Below, piece by piece: positions 17,308 to 24,928 of a stretch of DNA of 47,426 nt (the stretch's first letter is position 1; every line of letters starts with the position of its first letter). Origin of the DNA: a virus. Its lineage: Duplodnaviria; Caudoviricetes. A model generated the notes under the pieces. It was not told the origin of the DNA. It did no database searches and saw only the letters and a list, made by a program, of their open reading frames with translations. Made by a program: the position numbers and the translations under genes. Location of the stretch: positions 1 to 47,426 of the IMG/VR virus record IMGVR_UViG_3300032024_000059. One strand, written 5' to 3'.

Positions 17308-18026
17308 ACTGACCACCGCTTCCGAGCGGGGGCGACGGTCTCGCCCTTCTCTGGGAGGGCGTCTTCGTCCCGGTCGTACTTGAGCTCACCGAGACCTGCC
17401 ATGAGGTCCGCGTAGGCCTTCATGTGCTTGGCCGAGCGAACGTCCCAGAGGTCACCGACCTCACGCACGAGCGCGTCACACGCGAACGCCAGGGACACTC
17501 GGGTGCCTGGGTTGACGAGGCGCCCACGGTCAAGGATGAGACTCGGGCGAGACCCGTTGCTCCGCAGATTGTCGAGCATGTGACTCCACCCGCGCTTGAT
17601 GAACTTGAGCGGGTTCGACTCGCCCACGGCCAGCAAGTGCTCCTCGATGTCTGGGTAGAACTCCTGCAGGTCGTTGGTGTCGATGAGACACGGCAGCTTG
17701 GTCTTGACCACATCGAAGAACTGCCGGTCCGTGTGGACCACGGCAGACTCCTGCCACTCCCAGTCCACCACGTAGTCCTCAGCGAGGTCGTAGTCATCGT
17801 CCGCCCACGTACGTGTGTACGTGAGGACCCCTGTGACCGCTTGGGTGACCCCCACCTGAGTCCGCTCCACCACGGTGGTCCCGTTGGGGTCCTTGACCGT
17901 AGCGTACACGGAGGCGAGGTCTGGGTTGATGAGGGCACCGTCCCGCTTGAGGTAGAAGCGAACGGTGTCCACCGCGTCAATGAGCACCTCCGCCTTCTGG
18001 TCAATGCCCTCAGCCGTGTACGCCAT
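17304..18026 (-). CDS. putative head-tail adaptor with an N-terminal Ig-like region
   Basis: start MAYTAEG (ATG 18026); position upstream of neck/tail genes; helical C-terminal half. Confidence 0.55.
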   Translation of the reverse strand: MAYTAEGIDQKAEVLIDAVDTVRFYLKRDGALINPDLASVYATVKDPNGTTVVERTQVGVTQAVTGVLTYTRTWADDDYDLAEDYVVDWEWQESAVVHTDRQFFDVVKTKLPCLIDTNDLQEFYPDIEEHLLAVGESNPLKFIKRGWSHMLDNLRSNGSRPSLILDRGRLVNPGTRVSLAFACDALVREVGDLWDVRSAKHMKAYADLMAGLGELKYDRDEDALPEKGETVAPARKRWSV

Positions 18027-18418
18027 TACGGGCCTCCATCCGGGGTGACTGGGAGGGGCCTCTCCAGTCGGTACTGACGCTCCCCAGTCATGACTGCTTT
18101 GTAGAGCGCCCGGTTGTCCGCCGCCATCTCGGACTTCCACTGAGCGTCAGCCCGCTTCGCCTCGGCATCGTCCTTGAGGTGCTGCTCGAAGCGTTCGGTG
18201 AGCACGTCCACCGCCTTCGCCGTTGGAGCGATGCCAGCGTCAATCTGAACCTGAGCACTCTGCGCCATGGAGTCCCGGCTCTTGAGAGTGACATAGGCGA
18301 TGGCACCGATGGCGGCGAAGATGACCACCGTGTCCCGACCCCACAGGCGCTTGAGGAACGTGGTCAGCATCTCTTGGATGGACTCCTTGTCCTTCTCTTC
18401 CTTCTTCGGCTCGTTCAC
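18026..18418 (-). CDS. single-TM membrane protein with coiled coil
   Basis: GGAGG RBS, GTG 18418; TM segment VVIFAAIGAIAYVTL. Confidence 0.65.
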   Translation of the reverse strand: MNEPKKEEKDKESIQEMLTTFLKRLWGRDTVVIFAAIGAIAYVTLKSRDSMAQSAQVQIDAGIAPTAKAVDVLTERFEQHLKDDAEAKRADAQWKSEMAADNRALYKAVMTGERQYRLERPLPVTPDGGP

Positions 18419-18966
18419 AGGTCCACCTCCGGGTCTTCGCCCAACGTGGCGCTGCACTCACACGGTTCGCACATCAGTGGCGCGTCCGCTTCCGCACGAG
18501 GGAACACGTTACGGTCGCCAAAGCTGTAGACACCACCATCCCCACGCATGCGGAGGCAGGTCAACCCAGCAGACAACTTCGCTCGTACACACCTACGCGA
18601 AGCTGCACCCGGAAAGACAAACGGCACACCAGCATCCCACCTACTTGTGACACCCGGGAAAGACGCAGCGGGGTCGATGGTACATTCGCGCCAGTCTTTG
18701 ACCGTCACCAGTCCACGAAGCCCGTCCATCTCTGGCGGGATGTCAAACGAGAGTCCACCATCCGAGAGCGCACGACGTACTACGCCAAAACGGATGAGCT
18801 CATTACGCTTGAGGTCGAGTCCCGCCTCACGCGCTACAGCGAGTCCACGGTCCGTGAGGCGGACTGGACATGTGGCCACACGGTTGGCGGTATCATTGGA
18901 CGTGCCAACGAAGATGGCCACCGTGGTTCCACCGGCCAAAACAACCGCAAGGAAGAAGCGACGCAT
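18415..18966 (-). CDS. Cys-rich protein with N-terminal signal/anchor
   Basis: MRRFFLAVVLAGG N-terminus; several Cys; DGG/DAG motifs. Confidence 0.65.
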   Translation of the reverse strand: MRRFFLAVVLAGGTTVAIFVGTSNDTANRVATCPVRLTDRGLAVAREAGLDLKRNELIRFGVVRRALSDGGLSFDIPPEMDGLRGLVTVKDWRECTIDPAASFPGVTSRWDAGVPFVFPGAASRRCVRAKLSAGLTCLRMRGDGGVYSFGDRNVFPRAEADAPLMCEPCECSATLGEDPEVDL

Positions 18967-20834
18967 TATGGCACCGTGCTTGGACAGCGAAGGTACAAAT
19001 CGTCGAGGCAGATGTCTGTGATGATGGAGTCCGTCTCGTTTCCCGGGGCGTTGTAGGAGCCCACATAGAGCCGTCCGGTCCCACCTGCGGTGGTGATGGT
19101 GGCACCCACCCCCACCCCATTACAGACTGGAGCGTTGTTGTTCATGGACATGCAGAGTTCTGGAGTCGGTGTACGGTACTGCGAAAGGCGGGTTGGCACA
19201 TTCGCCGTCAGGAGATTGCCCGTCAGAACCACTTGGTCCAACGTAGATGCCACGTACGTGAAGGCGTAAGGCTGCATCCCCGGAAGCACGTACGACTCCC
19301 ATATGTCAGTGCTCGCAACGTGGGCAGTAAGCAGCGCCGCTGAGGGTGAGTGTCCACCCGGAGCGGTCACAGTCAGTGCCAGTGAGCCAAAACTGAGTCC
19401 GTTGGGGAGGGCGAAGTAGGGGGTCGATTCAAGCGCACGGTCGAGAGGGACGGTTGTGACTGGGGCGTAGCTCGTCGGGTACCTGTCAACCGTGTTAGCG
19501 TAAGACTCCCCCTGAACCCCCCACACCAACAGGTCGGCGGCAACGCGAGCCACACCACCGTTCTGATTGCTATTGTTGCCAAGCTTACAGTACCGCGTGA
19601 CAGACGTGGCACCTGCCGCACTCTTCGAGCATCTGCTGTAACCACCATCTCCCGTGAAGGCACAATTTCCACAGGTCCACGCAGCACCCGTGTACGCGCA
19701 GATATCAGTTGTCCCATCTTGTGCTACGCCCCCATCCATTGGGCGTTGTCCAGTGACGAAGGCAGAGCAGCTCACAGCATCGGTGGAAAGCGCAGCATTC
19801 CACGTCTGAAAGATGTCTGCGTAGCCAATCCCAGAGGTGGCGCCGAAGTGGATGGCCTCTGCAGTCTGCGAACCATTGGGAGCACCACCATCGTTCACCC
19901 ATACACCGACTGGAGTGATGCCTGCGCCCGCTTCCTTGGTCCACACCACGTTGTCAATGGCCTCAGTCTGAAGGCAGTAGCTCCTTCGCAGAGATTCGAC
20001 AAGGGGGCCCCGCTTGCCATTGAGTGAGTCCCACTCGATGCGTGGTTGATTGTTCGGCATCAGGACCAAGTCCCCGGGTGAAATGCCACTCGTCGCGAAA
20101 CCACCGGAGGGGGTCTTCGTGCAGTAGGCGACCCCCGCGCGGGTGAACACAAACGCCTCGCCCCTCGCCCCCTTGGGTGCGAACCCCATCGCCGCCGTAG
20201 TGGTCCTCACGTACTCCGCTCGTGTGAGACCCGCGTTACACTGCATCCCCCACAAAAGGACATCAATGGCAGGGTAGGACCCCTCGGCGACGGCACCACT
20301 TGGTCCAATGTACCAATTTTCACCACCCGCACCTGCCGTAGTCGCGCTCACTGAGCACAGTGTCCAGTCAGCAGCGGTGAACGAGCACACGGCCTTGGTG
20401 TTCGGGAACCCGGTGAGGAGGTACATCGGGATGGAGCCACTCCCGCTCGTGCCCTTGAACCATGCACTGCAGGTGGCGGGACCACCGAGCCATCCCGTCG
20501 TGATACCTTGGAGGATGTGAGAGTATTGCGCGGGCGCGGTGGTGGCGGGGATTTCAAGCCTATCCGCCGTCATGTCTCCGATTGGGCTGAGAGCGTAATT
20601 GGCCGTTCGGGTGGTGTTGCGCGGCGCCGAGTCGGAGTTGTTGGTCCAAGTCGTGGTGATGTCTTCGCTCTGAAGAATCCAATTCGGCAAGGGACACGCC
20701 TCCCCTGCCCCAGCACCACTGGCTGTGAACGCAGCGAAGTCTGGGAGTGCCTTGACCTGCAGGGGTGGAGGGAAGTCCACGAACGCCCCAGCCACGAGCG
20801 AGAACAGGGCAACCGTGAAGAGCAAGCGACGCAT
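18966..20834 (-). CDS. large signal-peptide protein with two tandem carbohydrate-binding-like domains and a LamG-like C-terminus
   Basis: GGAGG RBS + ATG 20834 (MRRLLFTVALFSLVAGA); repeat N.ILQSE..T.W...A...TA..L...LWG.Q....TSY..TT occurs twice; LYVGS near the C-terminus. Confidence 0.7.
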   Translation of the reverse strand: MRRLLFTVALFSLVAGAFVDFPPPLQVKALPDFAAFTASGAGAGEACPLPNWILQSEDITTTWTNNSDSAPRNTTRTANYALSPIGDMTADRLEIPATTAPAQYSHILQGITTGWLGGPATCSAWFKGTSGSGSIPMYLLTGFPNTKAVCSFTAADWTLCSVSATTAGAGGENWYIGPSGAVAEGSYPAIDVLLWGMQCNAGLTRAEYVRTTTAAMGFAPKGARGEAFVFTRAGVAYCTKTPSGGFATSGISPGDLVLMPNNQPRIEWDSLNGKRGPLVESLRRSYCLQTEAIDNVVWTKEAGAGITPVGVWVNDGGAPNGSQTAEAIHFGATSGIGYADIFQTWNAALSTDAVSCSAFVTGQRPMDGGVAQDGTTDICAYTGAAWTCGNCAFTGDGGYSRCSKSAAGATSVTRYCKLGNNSNQNGGVARVAADLLVWGVQGESYANTVDRYPTSYAPVTTVPLDRALESTPYFALPNGLSFGSLALTVTAPGGHSPSAALLTAHVASTDIWESYVLPGMQPYAFTYVASTLDQVVLTGNLLTANVPTRLSQYRTPTPELCMSMNNNAPVCNGVGVGATITTAGGTGRLYVGSYNAPGNETDSIITDICLDDLYLRCPSTVP

Positions 20835-20849
20835 TGTGAACCTCCGAAA

Positions 20850-20896
20850 GTGACGGCGGGGATTCGAACCCCTGCAGCCCAACAACACACCATCAC
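20850..20896 (-). ncRNA. tRNA-like minihelix element (7-bp acceptor-like stem + T arm)
   Basis: GTGATGG / TGTGTTGTTGGGCTGC / AGGGG-TTCGAAT-CCCCG / CCGTCAC; ends 4 nt before the GGAGG RBS. Confidence 0.55.
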
Positions 20897-20899
20897 CGT

Positions 20900-21049
20900 T
20901 TAACGCCCGGCTGGCAGAGTCCGTGCTGAAGTATCGCGGGTCACCCCTCCCGCGAGTATCGGCAGAGGGACTCTCAGTACCGCCCTTCGATGAGCACCGT
21001 GTGGAGGGACGTGGTCCCGGCGTCGTTGCCGAGCGAATCGGGTCTTCAT
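20900..21049 (-). CDS. possible small basic protein (49 aa) or structured RNA
   Basis: AAGGAG RBS + ATG; MKTRFARQRRRDH...; the region also has several stems. Confidence 0.35.
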   Translation of the reverse strand: MKTRFARQRRRDHVPPHGAHRRAVLRVPLPILAGGVTRDTSARTLPAGR

Positions 21050-21081
21050 TTGCGTGCTCCTTGGTTGTGCTGTGTTCGGTG

Positions 21082-21462
21082 TTACGGGACGCCCTTGAAG
21101 GCGACACACGTGCAGGTGCCAGTCACGCAGAGCACGTCCACGTAATCGTGGCTGTTGTTGAGCTGACGGTAGAACTTCTCCCCCAGCGTGAAGTTGACAC
21201 GGTCACACGTGGTTGACGTGCAGGCGATGGAGACGGTCCCGGTCCCCACGTAAGCGTCACCACCTGTGCAGGTGACCTTGAGGTAGATGCCCTTCTCCAC
21301 GAGGTTGAGGCGGGTGTGGGTCGGCGACGTGGAACTGATGGTCCCCTTGACCACGTAGTCCCCATCCCACCTGCCCGCCCACGCGAGGCTCGCCGCGGTG
21401 AGACAGAGGAGCGCCCCGATGAAGCAGGCGAGCTCGATGACTGCCCAAATTTTCTTGTTCAT
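21082..21462 (-). CDS. small Cys-containing protein with signal peptide
   Basis: GGAGGAG RBS; MNKKIWAVIELACFIGALLCLTAASLAWA signal-like N-terminus. Confidence 0.75.
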   Translation of the reverse strand: MNKKIWAVIELACFIGALLCLTAASLAWAGRWDGDYVVKGTISSTSPTHTRLNLVEKGIYLKVTCTGGDAYVGTGTVSIACTSTTCDRVNFTLGEKFYRQLNNSHDYVDVLCVTGTCTCVAFKGVP

Positions 21463-21477
21463 TTGTGTGCTCCTCCA

Positions 21478-21540
21478 AGATGGGTGACGGCTACGAAACC
21501 GTCCAGCGAGGCTCGTGAGGCCGCGCTGCCCTGACCCACC
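21478..21540 (-). ncRNA. D-armless tRNA-like element (CT-CAC-GA loop)
   Basis: GGTGGGT / CAGGG / CAGCGCGGC-CTCACGA-GCCTCGCTG / GACGG-TTTCGTAG-CCGTC / ACCCATC T. Confidence 0.55.
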
Positions 21541-21566
21541 ACGACCGGGCTACTCCCCCAGTCCCG

Positions 21567-22187
21567 TCAGCTCTCCTGCTCCACGATGGTCTCGCAGAGC
21601 ACGTACTGCGGACCTCCCTCGGGGTGCCGGTGGTTGGGGTCCCACGAGCACACGGCCTCGAACGCCGTGCCATCCGGGGAGCTCATCACGACCGGCTGCC
21701 GGTCCTTGTCCTTGATGATGTTGAGCGGGTAGTGGCACGCCCGGTGAGCGCACTTGGTCCGGCCCTGCTCCTTCCACTTCTCGAACTTCGCGCGCTGGGC
21801 GGGGTCGCCCTTCACGAGGACCACGCCCTGCGCGTTGCGAACGTCGCGCGCGGGAGGCGGGTACGAGAGGCCATCAACCCGGTCGATGGTCTGCTTGACC
21901 GGACCCCTCGCCACGAGCTGCTTGCGGAGGTGGTCCACTTCCTTGGTGGCGTCCTTGCTGACGGCCTCCATCTGAGCGCGGGTCTCCTCGGTGACGCGCT
22001 GGACCTCGCTCTGCGCGGACCGGAGCCCATCGTCCTTCTCGTTGAGCTGGTGCTGGAGGGACTCCTTCTCCTCCGTGAGGGCGTTGACCTGCTCCTCCAG
22101 CTCGGTGACACGAGCATCGAGCGGGTTGGCCTCGGTGGCCGGGGTCTCGACGGCTTCCTTGTTCTCGTTCTTCGGGGCTTTCGCCAT
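21567..22187 (-). CDS. coiled-coil protein with C-terminal Cys/His cluster
   Basis: AAGGA RBS; heptad region then CAHRACH...C...H.H...C. Confidence 0.7.
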   Translation of the reverse strand: MAKAPKNENKEAVETPATEANPLDARVTELEEQVNALTEEKESLQHQLNEKDDGLRSAQSEVQRVTEETRAQMEAVSKDATKEVDHLRKQLVARGPVKQTIDRVDGLSYPPPARDVRNAQGVVLVKGDPAQRAKFEKWKEQGRTKCAHRACHYPLNIIKDKDRQPVVMSSPDGTAFEAVCSWDPNHRHPEGGPQYVLCETIVEQES

Positions 22188-22221
22188 GACGTGTTCCTTG
22201 TTGAAGTGCAGCGGGTGGTAC

Positions 22222-22260
22222 TACAACGCCCCGCCCACCGTTGCGGGCGAGCGGGGCGGA
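22222..22260 (-). terminator. hairpin after the capsid gene (weak intrinsic terminator or stabiliser)
   Basis: CGCCCCGCTCGCC-CGCAAC-GGTGGGCGGGGCG followed by TTGT. Confidence 0.45.
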
Positions 22261-22279
22261 GAAGCTCGAGCGTCGCCGG

Positions 22280-23221
22280 TTAGCTGGTCACGCCACGGAG
22301 CACGTAGTCCCCGTACAGGAGACCCCACGCTTCGAGCGAAACCCAGAGCAGGCGAATCTGCCGCTGGAAGTCCGTGTCATCCGCGTAGCGGATGCTCGGC
22401 TCCATGATGACGCCGTGACCCTCGTGGTACGGACCGAAGGCGAGCGACTGGTAGCCGGTGACGGCACCCGCGGCACCCACGGCGGCGGTGGGCATCAGCG
22501 TGTCCACGAAGAAGTCGAAGCCTTCGTAGAACCCGAGCTGCCCGGAGACGATGATGGGGTTGGCCTGCGCGAACTCGCGGAAGGCCTTGTTGATTTCGTC
22601 ATCGTTCTTGAGGTCGCGCTCATCCTTGGTGCTGATGATGAGCTTGTGCCGACCGTTCGGGAAGGTCGGAACGAGGTTGTCCTTCATCGTCTTGTTCATG
22701 CGACGGAGCCACGCAGCGCTGGCCACCTGCCCAGCAGCGATGGCACCTTCGGCGGAACCGTCGGCCGTCTCCACCACGGTCGTGGTGAGCAGGTCGTTGC
22801 GGATGACGGCGTCCATCCACTTGTTGCGGTCGCGACGCATGAACGTCCCCACGATGGGAATCATGTCGTGCTTCGCCATCTTGAGCAGCTTCTCCGTGAG
22901 ACCGAACGGGGTCACGGTGCCGGCCACGTCAGGCCCGCCGTACTCGCGGAACGTGAGGGTCTTCGTGCTCATCGTGATGGCCTTGGACGCGGCCGTGATG
23001 GCCGTGCCTTCGGTCAGCCGACGCGCGGCCTCGGTGTACGTCCCGGACGGGAGGTCCGGCTGATTGAAGGTCACCGTCTTGGCGCCGGCATCGATGGTGC
23101 TCGGTGCCTGCGGGATGACCTGCTGGAGCACGGTGAAGTTGTCATCAGCCTTGATGAGCATCTCCGCCGCGATTGCATCGAAGGTCTCCTGCGTGAGACC
23201 GGACATCATCGTGAGAGCCAT
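22280..23221 (-). CDS. major capsid protein (HK97 fold, N4-gp56-like)
   Basis: 313 aa after the scaffold; LTEG, EYG, GQLGFYEGFDF, DFQR...W...AWG motifs. Confidence 0.85.
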   Translation of the reverse strand: MALTMMSGLTQETFDAIAAEMLIKADDNFTVLQQVIPQAPSTIDAGAKTVTFNQPDLPSGTYTEAARRLTEGTAITAASKAITMSTKTLTFREYGGPDVAGTVTPFGLTEKLLKMAKHDMIPIVGTFMRRDRNKWMDAVIRNDLLTTTVVETADGSAEGAIAAGQVASAAWLRRMNKTMKDNLVPTFPNGRHKLIISTKDERDLKNDDEINKAFREFAQANPIIVSGQLGFYEGFDFFVDTLMPTAAVGAAGAVTGYQSLAFGPYHEGHGVIMEPSIRYADDTDFQRQIRLLWVSLEAWGLLYGDYVLRGVTS

Positions 23222-23289
23222 TGCGTCACTTCCTTTTCAGGTGCTGCGTTGATGTGATGGCGAGATGTCCGGTCTCACTGGTCTGCCGA

Positions 23290-23955
23290 CTACTTCGGCA
23301 TCCCCTTGAGGATGGCCTGACTGTTCTCGCCGTAGAACTTCGTCGCCTCAGCCGTCTGGCCAGTCGCCTTGAGCTGCTGCCACTTCTTGAAGGGTTCGGT
23401 TCCAGCAGGAGCGCCACCCCCGTCCGGGGGCGACTTGGGCGCGGGCGGAACCACCACGGTGGACCCCTGAGCGGGGGCCGGAGGAGCGAAGAGGAACGGG
23501 CGCGAGGTCTTGAATTCAGCGACCTTCGCCTTGAGCGACTCCGTGTCAGCTTTCCCCGTCGCGAGGTCCACCGTCACAGTGCTCAGTTCATCCTTGAGGG
23601 CACCGAACGCAAAGTCCGCATCGTGCATCTCCTTGGCGGCGATGGACACGAACGCTGACTTGAGGTACGCCTCTCGCACTCGACTGTCGGCCTTCTGCTT
23701 CTCCAGCGCCACGGGGTCGGCTTCAGTGTCCGTCCCGGTTGCGATGGCGAGCGCCTTCTTGTTGCGCTCGGCGAGGACCTTCAACTCCCTGGCCTCCAGT
23801 CGGTGCTTCTCGCTCTCCTTGTTCAGTTCAGCGATGCGCTTGTTGGCGGCATCGAGCTCAGGGTTTCCAGCGGGTGGAACAACGACTGCGTCCGGCTTCT
23901 TTTCCTCGCCCGGCGTCTCGCTGGGCTTGGGGGGCTGCTGTGTCGGGACCGTCAC
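23290..23955 (-). CDS. capsid scaffolding protein
   Basis: GGAGG RBS + GTG 23955; IAELNKESEKHR, helical body, RPFLF then Pro/Gly tail. Confidence 0.75.
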   Translation of the reverse strand: MTVPTQQPPKPSETPGEEKKPDAVVVPPAGNPELDAANKRIAELNKESEKHRLEARELKVLAERNKKALAIATGTDTEADPVALEKQKADSRVREAYLKSAFVSIAAKEMHDADFAFGALKDELSTVTVDLATGKADTESLKAKVAEFKTSRPFLFAPPAPAQGSTVVVPPAPKSPPDGGGAPAGTEPFKKWQQLKATGQTAEATKFYGENSQAILKGMPK

Positions 23956-24030
23956 GGTCACCTCCATGGTTGTACTGTGGAATGGCGTACAGTGTACAGC
24001 GCCGGGCAAGGGCTTCCCCTGACGCGGGTA

Positions 24031-24546
24031 CTATTCAGGGTTCTCCTCATCTCGGCGGGGGATGATGTGGTGCTCTGACTTGTGGAGACCGCAGCGGCAC
24101 TCCTTCTCACACACGAGCGCGGATGACCCCGGAAGGCCCAACCGCTTCCACTCTCGCATGGACTTCGTGCGTCCGTGTCTGGGCTCACAGGAGGGGCACA
24201 TCCCAACCCCCACGCCAATCCACGTCATCTCATCGTCAGGGCTGAACTTGCTGGCGCGGTACTTCTGGATGGCTGTCTTGACCTGCTGACGGAGGTAGGC
24301 AGCGGTCTCTCGCTCAATCTGTTTGTCCACCGCCTCCCACTGTGCCTCGTCCGGGATGACGCCTTGGTCAAGGATGGCATCGAGCTTCTCGAACGCCTTG
24401 TTGGCTCGGGTGTACAGGGCGTTGGTGTCAACGTCGAGGCCGAACCGGGCGAGCGTTCGGTTGAGCTCATCGGGCCCCTTGTTGATGAGGTTGCGGAGTT
24501 CTGGGAGTCTCCCGCTCCCAATCCCCTTGGGCTTACTTGCCGCCAT
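24031..24546 (-). CDS. head morphogenesis protein (SPP1 gp7/Mu F-like C-terminal motif)
   Basis: W......MCPSCEPRHG...LPG....CEKECRC. Confidence 0.75.
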   Translation of the reverse strand: MAASKPKGIGSGRLPELRNLINKGPDELNRTLARFGLDVDTNALYTRANKAFEKLDAILDQGVIPDEAQWEAVDKQIERETAAYLRQQVKTAIQKYRASKFSPDDEMTWIGVGVGMCPSCEPRHGRTKSMREWKRLGLPGSSALVCEKECRCGLHKSEHHIIPRRDEENPE

Positions 24547-24925
24547 TGGTCAACCCCGCCTTCTCCGCCTCGCGCGCTTGGATGTCTGGGTTGCGAATGG
24601 CTGGGATGGTGTTGAGAGGTTTGCCGTACTTCGCAATCTCCTCGGCCTGCGCCTTGAGGTGCTCGTCTGTCTTGTCCTGAACCTCGATGGCCAGACGGGC
24701 GTACTCCAGCAGAACGAGGCTGATGTAGCCCTCTCGCATGAGCGCCTTCCCCTGAGCAGCGATGATGACCCCTGCCATCACCCGGGCGTGGACCTTCCGA
24801 GCCATGGACACGAGGCGGTCACTCAGTGCAATCCCCGCCTCGTGTGCTTCGGCAGCCAACGCCTTGGCGTCAATCTGCTCATCGATGATGGCGTCAACCA
24901 CGCCCTTCTGCTCAGGGGTCGCCAT
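24533..24925 (-). CDS. hypothetical helical head-module protein
   Basis: between portal and head morphogenesis gene; overlaps the latter. Confidence 0.6.
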   Translation of the reverse strand: MATPEQKGVVDAIIDEQIDAKALAAEAHEAGIALSDRLVSMARKVHARVMAGVIIAAQGKALMREGYISLVLLEYARLAIEVQDKTDEHLKAQAEEIAKYGKPLNTIPAIRNPDIQAREAEKAGLTNGGK

Positions 24926-24928
24926 CGC

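Noticed and set aside
20850-21080. Full-length tmRNA gene
   Set aside because: The acceptor strands are only 47 nt apart, with no G3-U70 and no tag ending in Ala-Ala; the upstream ORF has its own RBS.
18966-21107. ORF-track start at 21107 for the large exported protein (similarly the extended starts for holin, chaperone, adaptor, TerL, PolA, FolE and MCM)
   Set aside because: The extensions overlap upstream genes or RNA elements; downstream starts have RBSs or stop-start coupling.
21541-21566. yybP-ykoY (Mn) riboswitch suggested by GGGGAGTAGC
   Set aside because: The remaining conserved elements are missing; the downstream sequence fits the tRNA-like fold better.
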